The position numbers were made by a program, and so were the translations under genes. A stretch of 32,619 nt of DNA from Octopus sinensis (Eukaryota), in assembly GCF_006345805.1 (NCBI RefSeq), contig NW_021832807.1:1-32619 (forward strand), read 5' to 3'. The first letter of the stretch is position 1. Each line of letters begins with the position of its first letter. The notes below the pieces were generated by a model. It was not told the origin of the DNA and made no database searches. It saw nothing but the letters and a program-made list of their open reading frames with translations. Shown one piece after another: positions 32,083 to 32,619 of the stretch.

Positions 32083-32147
32083 ATATATCGTCCATAAAAA
32101 CATAAATCCGAAAGAGGAAGCATGCTCTAAGATATAAAGCAATATAA

Positions 32148-32331
32148 ATTAAAAATGGGGAAAGCCGGTTTATGGGATTGCCTTAGGTTTCCCGTTCATA
32201 AAGGATTTAGCTTTATGGCGTATCGTATTGCACCAAGAGGTTTTAGGATCTGACGATACGCCATAAAGCAAAACCCTTTATGGACGGGAAGCCTAAGGCA
32301 ATCCTATACACCAGCCTCCCCCATTTTTAAT
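32148..32331. repeat. Imperfect foldback with ~79-bp arms and a 26-bp spacer
   Basis: 32148-32226 pairs with 32253-32331, about 9 mismatches. Confidence 0.92.
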
Positions 32332-32422
32332 ACATATATATATATATAGTAGAATAAGAAATAGAAATATATATATAGTAGAAGAAGAAATATAAAGTTC
32401 TTGGTACAGTATTATATATTTG

Positions 32423-32560
32423 AAAAGGTGAATAGGAATGGCGTTTCTGACAATTTTTCACTTTAATAATTAGAAGCTGATAAGTTTACAAACAGTTACT
32501 AACTTATAAACATCTAATTATTAAGTGGAAAATTATCAGAAAAGCCATTCTATTCATTTT

Positions 32561-32561
<1 letters not shown>
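32423..32561. repeat. Imperfect foldback with ~62-bp arms
   Basis: 32423-32486 pairs with 32501-32561. Confidence 0.85.

Positions 32562-32619
<58 letters not shown>

Overview
Eukaryotic (animal) non-genic or intronic DNA made almost entirely of repeats. The repeat families and the (TA)n/(CATA)n/(CTAT)n load resemble octopus (coleoid cephalopod) DNA; this is inferred from recalled repeat families, not from a search. No host protein-coding gene is supported, and most ORFs in the track are microsatellite artefacts. Contents: (1) a near-full-length frameshifted Penelope-like retroelement (RT + GIY-YIG, minus strand, 11751-13904) between two ~700-bp direct repeats; (2) a 5'-truncated RTE LINE, a CR1-like LINE fragment and a second Penelope endonuclease remnant; (3) mariner, Tc1 and hAT transposase remnants, several MITEs and two non-autonomous Helitrons; (4) about 25 copies or fragments of four tRNA-derived SINE families, including a head-to-tail tetramer; (5) several long foldback palindromes. 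The most notable hidden signal is a dispersed set of about eight type I hammerhead-ribozyme motifs (CUGANGA...GAAA with palindromic stem III). Some lie in Penelope pseudo-LTRs; others are free-standing, the best preserved at 21084-21128 and 24906-24984. All alignments and foldings were done by eye, and many boundaries are approximate.
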